Below are positions 1 through 10,860 of a DNA stretch of 64,000 bases, one piece after another. This stretch comes from Selaginella moellendorffii (lineage: Eukaryota; Plantae; Lycopodiophyta). Made by a program: the position numbers and the translations under genes. The notes under the pieces were generated by a model, which worked only from the letters and a program-made list of their open reading frames with translations, did not search any database and was not told where the DNA came from. The stretch covers positions 530,184-594,183 of the forward strand of contig NW_003314272.1 of NCBI RefSeq assembly GCF_000143415.4, read 5' to 3'. Within the stretch, counting starts at the first letter, position 1, and every line of letters starts with the position of its first letter.

Positions 1-1534
1 ATTGATTGATTGAATACAACGATCATCAATCAATCGGCTAGAGGGCTTCGCAGTGACCACTTGGTGGGAGAGAGACAAGGAGAGGTTTTTATGATCTTCA
101 CATGGCAATCGAAGCGCTGGTTGTCTAGTGGACCAGGATGAAACGACACAAACTTACAACTCACACACAACGAACAACTGGAAAATTTTCCAGAAAAGGA
201 AGAAAAGGTTGGAGCGGGAGAAAACCGATTAAACCGTCACAAACAAAGTTACCTTCCTCGATTCATCCCAATCGATCGTGACAAACTGATCATCACTGCT
301 GCTTGGGAATTGGATCGAATTCTGGTGAAACTTTGCTGTTTCGCAACGGCGAGGAATGGAACGCACCCCGAAGCTTTGGATTCCGTTCTCTTTCTTTATC
401 TCTCTTTTCTCTCGCATCCATCACTGCCATGTTTGCTCGTCAGTGATCTCACAGCTCACTTGCTAAAGATCAAGTGTCATGTGTGTGTGTGTGTTGGTGG
501 CGGTCTCAAGTTTGCGTAGTGGACACTATACTGTATAGACTTGTGTGTGTGCTGTTCGAGGACTTTGTCCGTGGAAGACAAAGCACAGCACAAACCAACA
601 TGTAAATTTGCCCAGGCCTGGCAATCGCAAGAACCGAGATTGCCCATAAGTCGTCACGTTGGTGATGACACCACCATATACCGTAGAAACAGTGCCGAAA
701 CACTAAACAATGGCCTAGGAAACGAGTTCCCGAGTAGAAAACTCTAGTTTCTTTGGCACCTTGCTCATTAAAATCGACTTCTCAAGTAGAGAAACCATAT
801 TCTATCAAGCAAATGTTGGCTTGACTGGTATCCAGCAAGCCCGATTCAATGCCCGGCAGTGGCAGGGCCAAAGATTGGGCCACTCCAAATGCGGCGAGAC
901 AAAGCTCTTTCAATCCATCCATCCATTTGAGCTGGGCCAGAGTGTAGTGTACTGCGCCAGTCCGTCCGAGCTGGAGGAAGAACACACAGCGATCACGCCG
1001 CCCAGTTGGGTGGTGTGATGGATCCATCGCATCAATCCATCCATCAAAAGAATCTCCCTCAACCTCTTGCAAGGATTATAAAAAAGTAGAGCGCGCAAAA
1101 AAAAAAGCATGGAGAGGCCTTTCGTTGGATTTTTGGGGGAGAGCGATGGATCGAACAGGTGAGTTCGATTAGAAAACTAGGGCGGAGGTCTGACCGGTAC
1201 GAAACGACCACGGCCTGGCGCCCGGAAGCATGTGGGCGCCCATGTGAGGCCCGGCTTGTCCGATTCCACTGCTCGCAACTGCTGGTCTTTAATTTTTTTC
1301 CCTGACACTGCCACTCCAATTTGGATCCATCGTATATAAAATCCCCAGCCCTCCCCCGGAATCCCCAAATCCAAGCAAAGCAAGCAAGCAAGGCAAGGAG
1401 AAGCAAGCAGCATTGTGTTCTATAGATCTATCTATCTCTCTATCTTCCTCTCTCAATCGAGAGCGACGATATATCAATCACACTAGCAAAGCCCAAGAGC
1501 AAGAAGAACTCTCCATCCATCTCTAGCTACATCC

Positions 1535-2005
1535 ATGGCTTTTCTGGCAAGGATTGGAAGTCTGCTCAAGTCCGCCTCGATCAAGAAGAGATCTGGGCGC
1601 AGCCTGGATCGCTCCTCCAGCAACAGCAGCTGCTCCTCGCTCGGCTCCTCCGCTTCCGCGGCCTGGGACTGCTGCTACGACAGCGATCTCGACGTGGACC
1701 AGGCCCCCGATTCGTGCTCCTGCGCCATCCCCGCCGACGTTCCAAAGGGATGCATGGCGGTCATTGTCGGGAGCTGCGAGAAGAAGAGGAGGAGGTTCGT
1801 GGTTGGCACGCATCTCCTCTCGAATCCGGTGTTTGGGGTCCTGCTACAGCGCGCGGCCGAGGAGTACGGGTACGAGAACTCGGGTGCTCTCGCGATTCCG
1901 TGTGATCCCGTCCTGTTTGAGCACTTTCTATGGCTGCTCAACAACAACGATCCCGCTGCCGCCATGCTTGAGGTGAACGAGCTCCTGGCTTTCTACGCGT
2001 CATGA
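1535..2005 (+). CDS. SAUR: SAUR-family auxin-responsive protein (156 aa)
   Basis: Intronless ORF with SAUR core DVPKGCMAVIVG...RRRFVV...LSNPVFGVLLQRAAEEYGY...GALAIPCD; TATATAAAA ~200 bp upstream. Confidence 0.93.
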   Translation: MAFLARIGSLLKSASIKKRSGRSLDRSSSNSSCSSLGSSASAAWDCCYDSDLDVDQAPDSCSCAIPADVPKGCMAVIVGSCEKKRRRFVVGTHLLSNPVFGVLLQRAAEEYGYENSGALAIPCDPVLFEHFLWLLNNNDPAAAMLEVNELLAFYAS

Positions 2006-3374
2006 GCGAGCATCTTCATCCAAGAGAGCACTACTGGGATTCATCACGATCGATCCATCCAGATCCAGAGCAAAGAGTGCCCCAGCTCGGCTCGGCAAGG
2101 AAGAAGAGACTGAAAGAGGAGCACGAGCACGGGCTTCATTTGAAGAGTCTACAGCTTGTTCGAGAGCACATTTTGGGCTCTAGATCTGGTGCTGCTCCAC
2201 CGAAATTGCGCATTGCAATTCGTGACAGCGGCGCGACTGTGATCGATCGTATCAATTGTTTTCTAGCTCACACACACATAAGAATACTACTAGTATTACA
2301 ATACATTTCCTTGTCATTTCAGTCAAAGATTTACTGAGGTCCATGTTGAAGAGCTAAAATGACATTTGAACATGTTCACTGTTGTTTTGAAGTGGTAGAT
2401 TTTAGTAGAGTTTGAAGTGCCCAAGATTTCAGTGCCTCAAAGCTGGGGTCCGGGCAGTTGGGCTCACTGACCACCCAAAAAATCCGCCCTCCACAAGTTC
2501 ATCTTGTGGTTCACCTTCTGATTTCAGTTTCTGCCTTCTGCTGCTGCATGCAACAGCAGCTGCTGCCTTATCAACCAGCATCTCCCATCAATTCTCGTCC
2601 CAGGCCTGGCTTCAATTCCCACTTTCTGTGTGTACTCGTACTTGGGATATAGAATGGAATAGATCGAAAATCCATATAGCGAAATATGACCCGCTGTTCT
2701 TCCTCCAGCCCCATGTCGCCTTATTCTCCCAGGACGTGACGGACGGAGTAAGGTACTCTGGACTTCTTCTTTTCTCTCTGGTGGCTACGTCTCCACAGAT
2801 ATAATGCGCTCCACTCCACCTCGAGCTCGCTCGATCTATGCCACAGAAACAGAAGCGATGAAATTGCAGCCACGAAAAATTACTGCATACGGATCAAACC
2901 TGTCGCCGCCAACAGTAACCGAACCCCAAACCGCTGCACAAGCCAACAAAAGGTACGACGGAAAAAGTTGGCCTAGATGGAAACACTTTGTAGACATTGC
3001 ATGGCCAACCCCACATATATTAGCTGGCCACACTCCTTGTTATTAAATTTCTCCTTTACTTTGCCTTTTTCTGGCTATTTGTCTTTGGTTCTTTCGGTTG
3101 TGCCGGCTTCGAGCAATGTGGCGTGAGATCATCATTCCAATTCCGTGCTGAGATCACCTCCATTTTGATCTATGATTCTGCTTTGGCCCGGGCAACTTTT
3201 TTGTTTATATGGTGTCATCAAAAAGCGAGAAAAAAAGAATCCATCCAGGTGTGCTTCACATCGCGGTCACTGATTTTCACTCCAGTCGAGCAGTATATCG
3301 GGTCCTTGGTATCCATCCCTAGGACACACGCATTTCTTGTATAGAGATCATAGAAGATCAGTCAGTCACTAGCA

Positions 3375-3851
3375 ATGACGATCCTTTCCACCAAGTTGAG
3401 AAGATTGCTACTCTGCGCCGCCAGCAAAGCCCGCGCTCTCTCCCCCTCCTCGATTCGCATCGCCTCCTTCTTCAGCCCCTCCAGATCAGACTCCTCCCGA
3501 TCAAACAGCTCCAGGTGCGACGAATCCGATGGCTTCTCCGATCGAGACGACGGCGACGGCGACGCGGAGATCCAAGAGAAGTATCTCGCGGATGTCCCGC
3601 AGGGCTGCTTTGCTGTATACGTGGGCCGCGACCGGCAGCGCTTCGTGGTCGGGACGTGCTTGCTGCGCGATCCCCTGTTTAGGGTTCTTCTGGACAAGGC
3701 CGCGGACGAGTATGGCTTGGATCGCCAGGGCGCGCTGCTCATCCCCTGCGAGGCTGTGCTCTTCGATCACATTTGCTGGCTGCTGGGCAACAATGATCCG
3801 GCGGCGGCGAGCCTGGAGATGGAGGAGCTCCTCGATTTCTACTCCATCTGA
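3375..3851 (+). CDS. SAUR: SAUR-family protein (158 aa), paralog of 1535..2005
   Basis: DVPQGCFAVYVGRDRQRFVV...DPLFRVLLDKAADEYG...GALLIPCE; shares C-terminal WLL.NNDPAAA.LE..ELL.FY with the upstream copy. Confidence 0.93.
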   Translation: MTILSTKLRRLLLCAASKARALSPSSIRIASFFSPSRSDSSRSNSSRCDESDGFSDRDDGDGDAEIQEKYLADVPQGCFAVYVGRDRQRFVVGTCLLRDPLFRVLLDKAADEYGLDRQGALLIPCEAVLFDHICWLLGNNDPAAASLEMEELLDFYSI

Positions 3852-5595
3852 TTTGGATCAACGCTTCCTTTTGTCCTTTGATTTGCTGACACTAGCTCTC
3901 CCCATTCTTTTGTATCAACTGGTATATAATCTAAGATTGTGAGCGTGGTTGACGCACCACCAGATGGATCATGGATTCCACCACACGTCGCGATCCAGCG
4001 CGAAGCAATGCGAGCTTGTGGAAGATTCTGGGACGAAATCCACCGTTTCAAACAAGACATTTCCAGGGAACCTTTTAGATTCTTCCCTTGCAGAGTGATT
4101 GATTGCGCGAGCACAAAACAAAACTTGTGCTTCTATCACGATCAATCAATCAATCAGTCGTCGTGAGATGGAGGAGAGCCGCCTTAAACAACGTTGTATT
4201 CTACAATTTCCCCTTGTGGGGCATTTTTTCTATGGTTAACCGCTCCTATATATCGTTGAAAAATCGCACCGAAACCCATAGTGCCCCGCACATGATCAAG
4301 TTTGACATTTATTTTGTCATGCGTTGTTTTTCCAGAGAGCCAAGCAAACCTAGCGTGCAAAACTTCTTAGATCCCGCAAAGCGGCATTTGCACTCGGCTT
4401 GTTTCATCCCCGATTTGGTCATTCAGAGTAAAAACATCCAAGAAACACTGAACCCTCTGGTCTGGCTCACTTGTCCCCCTGTGATATCTCCCATCAACTT
4501 TAGTTATTTCTACATTGTCTTGTTCTTCTCTCCTTTACGTTGCGTTTTGCCCCAAAAAGATTCCCCAACCTCCCATTCGCGGCGCGGCCGCGCGGCGGAT
4601 CGAACCCCCGACCCCTTGACCCCGGTCAAAGCCCCGGTCAATCATTCAATCCCTTTTTATTTGTCCAACAAAACCGTGCGCACGGCAGGTACCCCCGGCG
4701 TACCGTACGGCGGGTTGGGCAGTTTCAGTTTCCCAGAGACAGCCACACGTGGCAGCACCAGATTTGCATCAGTAAATGCGGTGCCGTACCCGGCCGTAGC
4801 ACGGAATCACGGGGAAACGCTTTGCGTCGCCCCGTACAAACGGCCGGCTCTGGGCCGTCGCGGCCCGGCAAAGCAATCGTGATCGTCCGATGGCATTCAT
4901 TGGTCCGGTTAACGAACGGCCCAACCGACTGACCGTCCGTACGCACCGCGGCAGCGTACGGTCGAGCGCGCAGTTTGGTTTACCTACCTTTGTGTGAAAA
5001 CAGTCATGTGGTGTCTGGAAGTAAAAATAAAAAAACCATGGCAGTGAAAGTCACAAGTGGAAGTAGTCACATGATGAAAGGATATTCGCTGCATTAGAAA
5101 CTAGAGAGAGAGGATCTTCTCTGTGCTTAAAGTGTAAGTGATGTTTTATGTTGTTAGGTTTTTATATAACTGCTGAGTAGTTGGGGAAGAGTTCCTTCAT
5201 CCCCTTGGTGTGGTGCCACTAGGTAGGGCAGAAAGAAAAAGGAAAAAAAATTGGGCATTGTTTTTGGGTTGTAGACTGGATCACTCACTACTCCACATTG
5301 TGAGAGGAGAGAGTCTCAGCTCCAAAACTCCATTCTAATCGCGAGCTCGTTTAAATACCCGCGGCGGCTTTCTTCTTTCCCTAACCGCCAACGCGTTCCT
5401 TGTGTTTGAGAAGATCATCAATCGAGCTCTGTGATAGTGCCTGTGTGTTCTCCTTTTTTTCTCTCTTTTCTGGCTGTGTGGTCGATCGAAGTGAAAGTGA
5501 GGAAATGGGCTGGATCTAGGACGCATTGGGTCTCTTGGGTTCCAATCCGATCCTCCTGGGTCGCGCTCCATCGCCAGATCTCCTCGCGCGCGGCA

Positions 5596-6114
5596 ATGCA
5601 TGTCCATGGCTGCAGTGGCGGTGCCACTCGCGGCAGCATCGCGCGCGGCCTCAAGAGGCTCAAGCTCCTCCAGCGCTTGAGATCCTCGCGGGTGTCGAGG
5701 GATCACTATTCCTCCAGCTCCGGGAGCAGTAGCCTCGGCTCAGATTGGCTCCAGCGCACGTCCAGCTCCTCCTGGGAGCTCTTCAGCGAGGAGGAGGGCA
5801 GCCACAACGATGGCTACGATCACCATAGCGACGACGAGGAGCTCTATCTCCCCAAGGACGTCCCCGAGGGGTTCCTCGCCGTCTACGTTGGCGAGGAGAG
5901 GAAGCGCTTCGTGGTGGATGCCCGGCATTTGAATCACCCCTGGTTTAAGATCTTGCTGGAGCGATCGGCGGAGGAGTTTGGCTTCGATCACAAGGGCGGC
6001 CTCACGCTCCCTTGCCGAGTCGTGGTGTTTGAGAGCCTCCTTGGTGTTCTTGAGCGTGGCGATACTCCCAGCTTGAAGCAGCTCGCCCAGATCGAAGAGC
6101 TCCTCGCGGTATAG
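5596..6114 (+). CDS. SAUR: SAUR-family protein
   Basis: DVPEGFLAVYVGEERKRFVV...LNHPWFKILLERSAEEFGFDHKGGLTLPC; first in-frame ATG at 5596. Confidence 0.92.
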   Translation: MHVHGCSGGATRGSIARGLKRLKLLQRLRSSRVSRDHYSSSSGSSSLGSDWLQRTSSSSWELFSEEEGSHNDGYDHHSDDEELYLPKDVPEGFLAVYVGEERKRFVVDARHLNHPWFKILLERSAEEFGFDHKGGLTLPCRVVVFESLLGVLERGDTPSLKQLAQIEELLAV

Positions 6115-7034
6115 GAGGGAGAGGTTCGTGCAAACCACCATTGATTGATCTCTTTCTCTTATTTCCTTTCTAGAATCTAGTGAGAAAGAAAAAAGAAAAG
6201 GCTGAGGAAGTGGTGCCATTGTCACTAAGAATGCGTGCGCGCCCTCCTCTCTCTCTCTCTTTCGCACAAAGTGTATGTAAAAGGGAGGAGAGTTTGAAGC
6301 TGGAATTTTCTTTCCTTCTTTTTTTTTCCCTTCCAGTGATCAATCGATCACCTCAATTCAATCAAACTTAGATCATGGGTCGCTTGTCACTTTCGATTCC
6401 ATAGATGATCACCTCATGGTTTCTAGACGAGGACGAGTATATTCGGCTAGTTTGAGCGATTGTTGTGGGCCTCGGAGATTCCCCTGGAGTTTTTTTTTGT
6501 TTCGTATGAAACTAGGCTTTAGCGGCTTGCGGCTCGAATCCTGCCCGGCTCCTGTCGTACACAGACAATTTGGTACGTAAATTAATTTATCCAGATGGAA
6601 ATAAAATGCTATCCTGTAATGATAAGCTATACATTTTATTACTTAATAATAAAAACACACTTCTCTTTTTCCTCTGATGTCATTGTTTGGAAAACTTCTG
6701 TGATACTTCGATTACTCGACTTCCATTTTTTGTCAAACTCTTAAAAATGTCATATTGTTATATCTTTAAAACGAGGGAATTGATACGATACGTGCAAAGA
6801 CGTTATCTCACATATAGTTTTACGCAATAGAGAAACACCTCGTCGTATTGGAGCGATGGCATCTTAATTTTTACAAGCAATCCACTCACACTCAACAGCT
6901 TCTGGTGTTACAAACACCTCTCTTGATTTTGATTCTTCTCCCAGCAAAAACTCGGTATCAAAAATGCCTCTGTTTGAGCCGAATTCCAGAGAAGTTGCCG
7001 GGAGATTTGATTGCTTCGCATCGATCTTCTTCCT

Positions 7035-7457
7035 CTAGCCACTTTGGACGCTGAGGAGTGTCAAGCTGTGAGGCGGTGGAGGAGGACGAGGACCAGGAGG
7101 AGCAGCTGTTTCGCCGCTTGCAACTCTCCACAAGAGATCCTCAAACACCTCGACTTCGCAGTGGATAGTGAGCCCCCCATTGTGATGGTGTCCAAACTCC
7201 TCCTCCGCCTTCTCTAGCAGCTCACGGAAGAGTCGGTGATTCAAGTACTGCGTCTTGAGGAGGAACCGGAGGCGCTCCGGGCCAACGTAGACAGCCAGGT
7301 AGCCTTGCTGAACGTCCCTGGAGCGGCAACCCTCGGAGTCGGAGTCGTCATAAATTCTGGAGCTCGGAAAGCAGCGCCCCGGAAAGGAATGCGTCCTCTC
7401 CAGGGAGGCTAGCTTCTGGTATCTCTTGAAGCTGCTCCACACCTTTTGCACCTTCAT
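7035..7457 (-). CDS. SAUR: SAUR-family protein
   Basis: MKVQKVW...DVQQGYLAVYVGPERLRFLL...LNHRLFRELLEKAEEEFGHHHNGGLTIHCE. Confidence 0.92.
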   Translation of the reverse strand: MKVQKVWSSFKRYQKLASLERTHSFPGRCFPSSRIYDDSDSEGCRSRDVQQGYLAVYVGPERLRFLLKTQYLNHRLFRELLEKAEEEFGHHHNGGLTIHCEVEVFEDLLWRVASGETAAPPGPRPPPPPHSLTLLSVQSG

Positions 7458-8268
7458 CTTAGCGAGAAAAAGCGAGCTAAAAACCAGACCTTCGGAGGAG
7501 AAAAGGAGATAACCGACACAACTCGATCGGAGAGGAACCGTTTGTTTGATCCACTCTTTTCTCTCCTCTCCTCTCCTCTCCCAGAGAGCCGAGACGCGAG
7601 GAACAAACAGGCCTGATAAGCACGAAACGGCAGTGAGAAGAATAAAAAATATATATAGCGGAGACGAGCGTGGTGGGATCACCCAGCGTGGTGCCGGCTG
7701 CCTACACCACGCGAGCAGCTCCAAGAAAATATACACGCTACCTTATCTCGCGCAAAGTCAATGGCTCCTGCTCCAGAGAAAGCCGGCTCTTTTCAGCACT
7801 GTGTAGAGGCATTTCACCTCCGCAGAATCACCAGCGGTGTCATCCGAGAGCTCCGGACTCTTGCCTCAACGCAGATGGATAACGCTCACTTGTCCTCTTG
7901 CAGAGCTTTGATTCATTCTCTCCACCGCGGGGCCGCCTTGCCCCTGTAGAGAGTAAGTCAGCCGCGAATAATATCCAAAAGAGTGGAGGTCACCGTAAAT
8001 ACGTTGTTCATTGTGACTTGTCCAGATGAGCTCGGATATTTCTGATATTTGTTTCCCCCCGTCGGGCGCCGGAACGAAAGCGAACGGGGATTACTCTGCG
8101 ACGAGCGGGTGGCGAAATGGAAATTCTCTTGCATTGACAGGCCGGTCACTGAGTCCAACTATAGCTGAAAGAACCAAAACGAAGAAGAAAAGTGGACAAA
8201 GAAAACTATTAAGTCTTGGCTTGTGTCTGTTTCATGCAGTGACTTTAGCGGGGTGGGAATCTCCGGGT

Positions 8269-8788
8269 CTATTCAGGTGCTCCACCTGGTACTAGCTGCA
8301 CAAGAGTTTGCCAATGTGAGAAAGAATATAAAAGGGAAAACCTCTCTATAATGAGGAAAGACAAACTAAAGCTTACGATTGCAATGTTGTTCCCGTTGAG
8401 AAGAATTTGGTCCAGCTTGGTGATTCGTTTGCCATCGGGCGTGATCTCACTGCAAGAAGCCTGTTTAGATGAATGGAAACAATCCAAAGAAAAACAACTT
8501 TAAGCCACAAATCTTGCCCAAGCAAAGGCGGCAAAAGAACTAAAAAAGAAGAGAAACTTACTACTCGGTCACGTCTTCTAGAACCATATTGACGTAAACA
8601 TCAAAGCCACGCAGCGTTCCAACGAGCTCCTTGTCGCCCTTCATGATTACCCAGATTTTGGAGCCAATGCATCGATCGATGAGCTCTACGGCAAGCGATG
8701 CGTCAAGCGATCGCGTCACTGGAATCTAAAGAGAATGCGAATGCGAGCGCTTACCCGATGGAAGGAGCTGCGATGGATTGTGCGCCAT
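8269..8788 (-). CDS. LSM5: Sm-like protein LSM5 (4 exons: 8755-8788, 8562-8685, ~8377-8449, 8269-8295)
   Basis: Spliced translation [85 protein letters not shown]; GT-AG introns. Confidence 0.96.
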
Positions 8789-9046
8789 TGTGCCACGAGA
8801 AGAGGAAGCCCTAAACCTCGCGATGCCGAGGAATATCCGTGTTTGAGATAACCTAGATCGGGCGGGAAAACTCGAGGACAAGTGGCGGATCCAACGGCTA
8901 CCTTAGAAAAGCTTCAAAGAGGGCGCGTCCTTTCTCAAGCTCGTCGACTCGAGAAGAGGAAAAACATTCGATCGATCGATTGTCCCATTCCAGCACCAAT
9001 GCAGCAAATCCCTCCTCTACCGCGCAGCTCCAGCGCGAGATCGAGA

Positions 9047-9537
9047 TGGACTTGCGCAAGAACATAGACAGGATCTCGTCGTCGCAACACAGGGTCAAGA
9101 TCCTCACGCTCCTGGCGGTGTCCGGGACCGTGGCATTGATCATCATCGTGAGGAGGAACAACCAGGGGTCGCGGGGGCGCGTCAATAGCCCCGGATTTGG
9201 GAGCTCGTCGCCGAGCAGGAACAACCAGGTCTATTCCTCGCCGGATCCGCCCAGGAAGCAAAACATCTCGGCGCCGCGAGGGCACTCGGATCAGTCATGG
9301 AGCTTGCAATCGCTCTACCAGCGCAGCCGGCCAAGCCGCGGGCAGCGCGCAAAGGATTTCGCGCGCCGGGTCCGGCATCGATGCTACGTCCACCGCCTGG
9401 ATTTCCTCTTCCTGGCGGCATTGATCGGTTTGGGCATTTACGCTTATGGATTTTCGGAGAGGAGGTACCAATCCCAATACAGTAGCTACAATCCACTCTA
9501 CTACTACCAGCAGGAGCCGGATGGCTGGTTTTCCTAG
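9047..9537 (+). CDS. Hypothetical small membrane protein (two hydrophobic segments); start approximate
   Basis: Open frame with ILTLLAVSGTVALIIIV and FLFLAALIGLGIYAYGF; no family recognised. Confidence 0.5.
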
Positions 9538-9693
9538 CGAGGCCGAAGAGGTTTTTAGGGCTCCTCCTCTGGACTAATGTACACGTTAAGCTAATTAAAA
9601 CTATGAGTTTAGTTAAGGGAAAACGTAGAATATTCCTTATCCCCCTAGGGGTTTTTGGCAATAGCGTTTTTCTTCTTTCTGGGAGAAAGGGCC

Positions 9694-10659
9694 ATGGCCG
9701 CGGCACTTCCCGTCTTCGAAGGGCTTCGATGCGCCACGACGAGCAGCTCGGTGAGTTTTTAATCGGTCGATCGGCGTGCTTGCGGCTGAAAATCTCATTG
9801 TCTGGCGCCGAGTAGGCAAGGCTTGATGGCGTTTCGCTGGGAATTTCGCAGCCCCGGAGGCTGCGAGTGATGGCGAACAAGAGATCTGTAAAGACTAGGC
9901 AGGTAATGCGACTCGCATCCGAAAATGTGGCTCGATTGTGGACATTTTTCTATCTTTTTTTTTTTTGCTTTCTCAGATTATTTTGTCTGAGGATGTCGAG
10001 TTTCTCGGCAAGACGGGCGATCTCGTGAGCGTCCGGGCTGGGTATTTCCGGAATTTCTTGTTTCCGAAGGGCAAAGCAAAGATGGCAACACCGGAGTATC
10101 TAAAGTGAGTCCGTGTGCTTCTTTCTCACGGTGTATCGACTACTTTGGTGAATTCTTTTGTGTATAGGGAGCTCAAGCTTGAGGCCGAAAGAAAAGAGAA
10201 CGAGAAGAGGAAAGTAAGTTGTAGTTTTCTGCCTCCCTCTTTGTGTTGAGTATGAATCTGATGGTGCTATCTCCAGTTGAGAGAGGATGCTGAAGCTCTG
10301 GCACGGGAACTGCAAAGACTAGGACCTCTCAGCGTGAAGCGTAAGCGTGGAATGGCCAGGCTGATTTTCGGAACGTGAGTTTCTCGGTTTGTTTGGACTT
10401 CATATCGAAGTTGTCTTGCTCCATGCAGTGTGACTACCCAGGATTTGGCCGACATTATTGAATACCGGACGAAGAAGTAAGCAGCACGTTTGTGATTGTC
10501 TTCTAATTCTCTATAGCACTCATTTCTTCTCCTTGCAGGAAAATCGACAAAAGGAACATGACCGTCCCCGAAATCCGAGAGATTGGAACGTACACAGCCG
10601 AGGTCAAGTTGCATCCCGAAGTAACAACTCAAGTAAAGATCACCGTGGTGGGAAGCTGA
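9694..10659 (+). CDS. RPL9: Plastid 50S ribosomal protein L9 (7 exons)
   Basis: Transit-like N-terminus, then [34 protein letters not shown]...[15 protein letters not shown]...[18 protein letters not shown]; GT-AG introns. Confidence 0.93.
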
Positions 10660-10860
10660 GGCAAAGTTGTGAACTTCTACATGTAAGTAGAAGCGACTTT
10701 GCAAGCGTTCTGACTGTGAGCCTGCAGCAAGGCAAAAGTGGGAGGCTCGAGCTGCGAGACACAGCTCGCCTGTTTCTTCGTTTATCTTGACGAAAAAGTC
10801 GGCTTTTCCTTACGACCCGACTTATAGGGCTGTGAAATTCCGAGTTGTGATGAACCAGCT

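Noticed and set aside
4103-4882. 259-aa ORF
   Set aside because: Non-ATG start, no domain, spans compositionally different segments.
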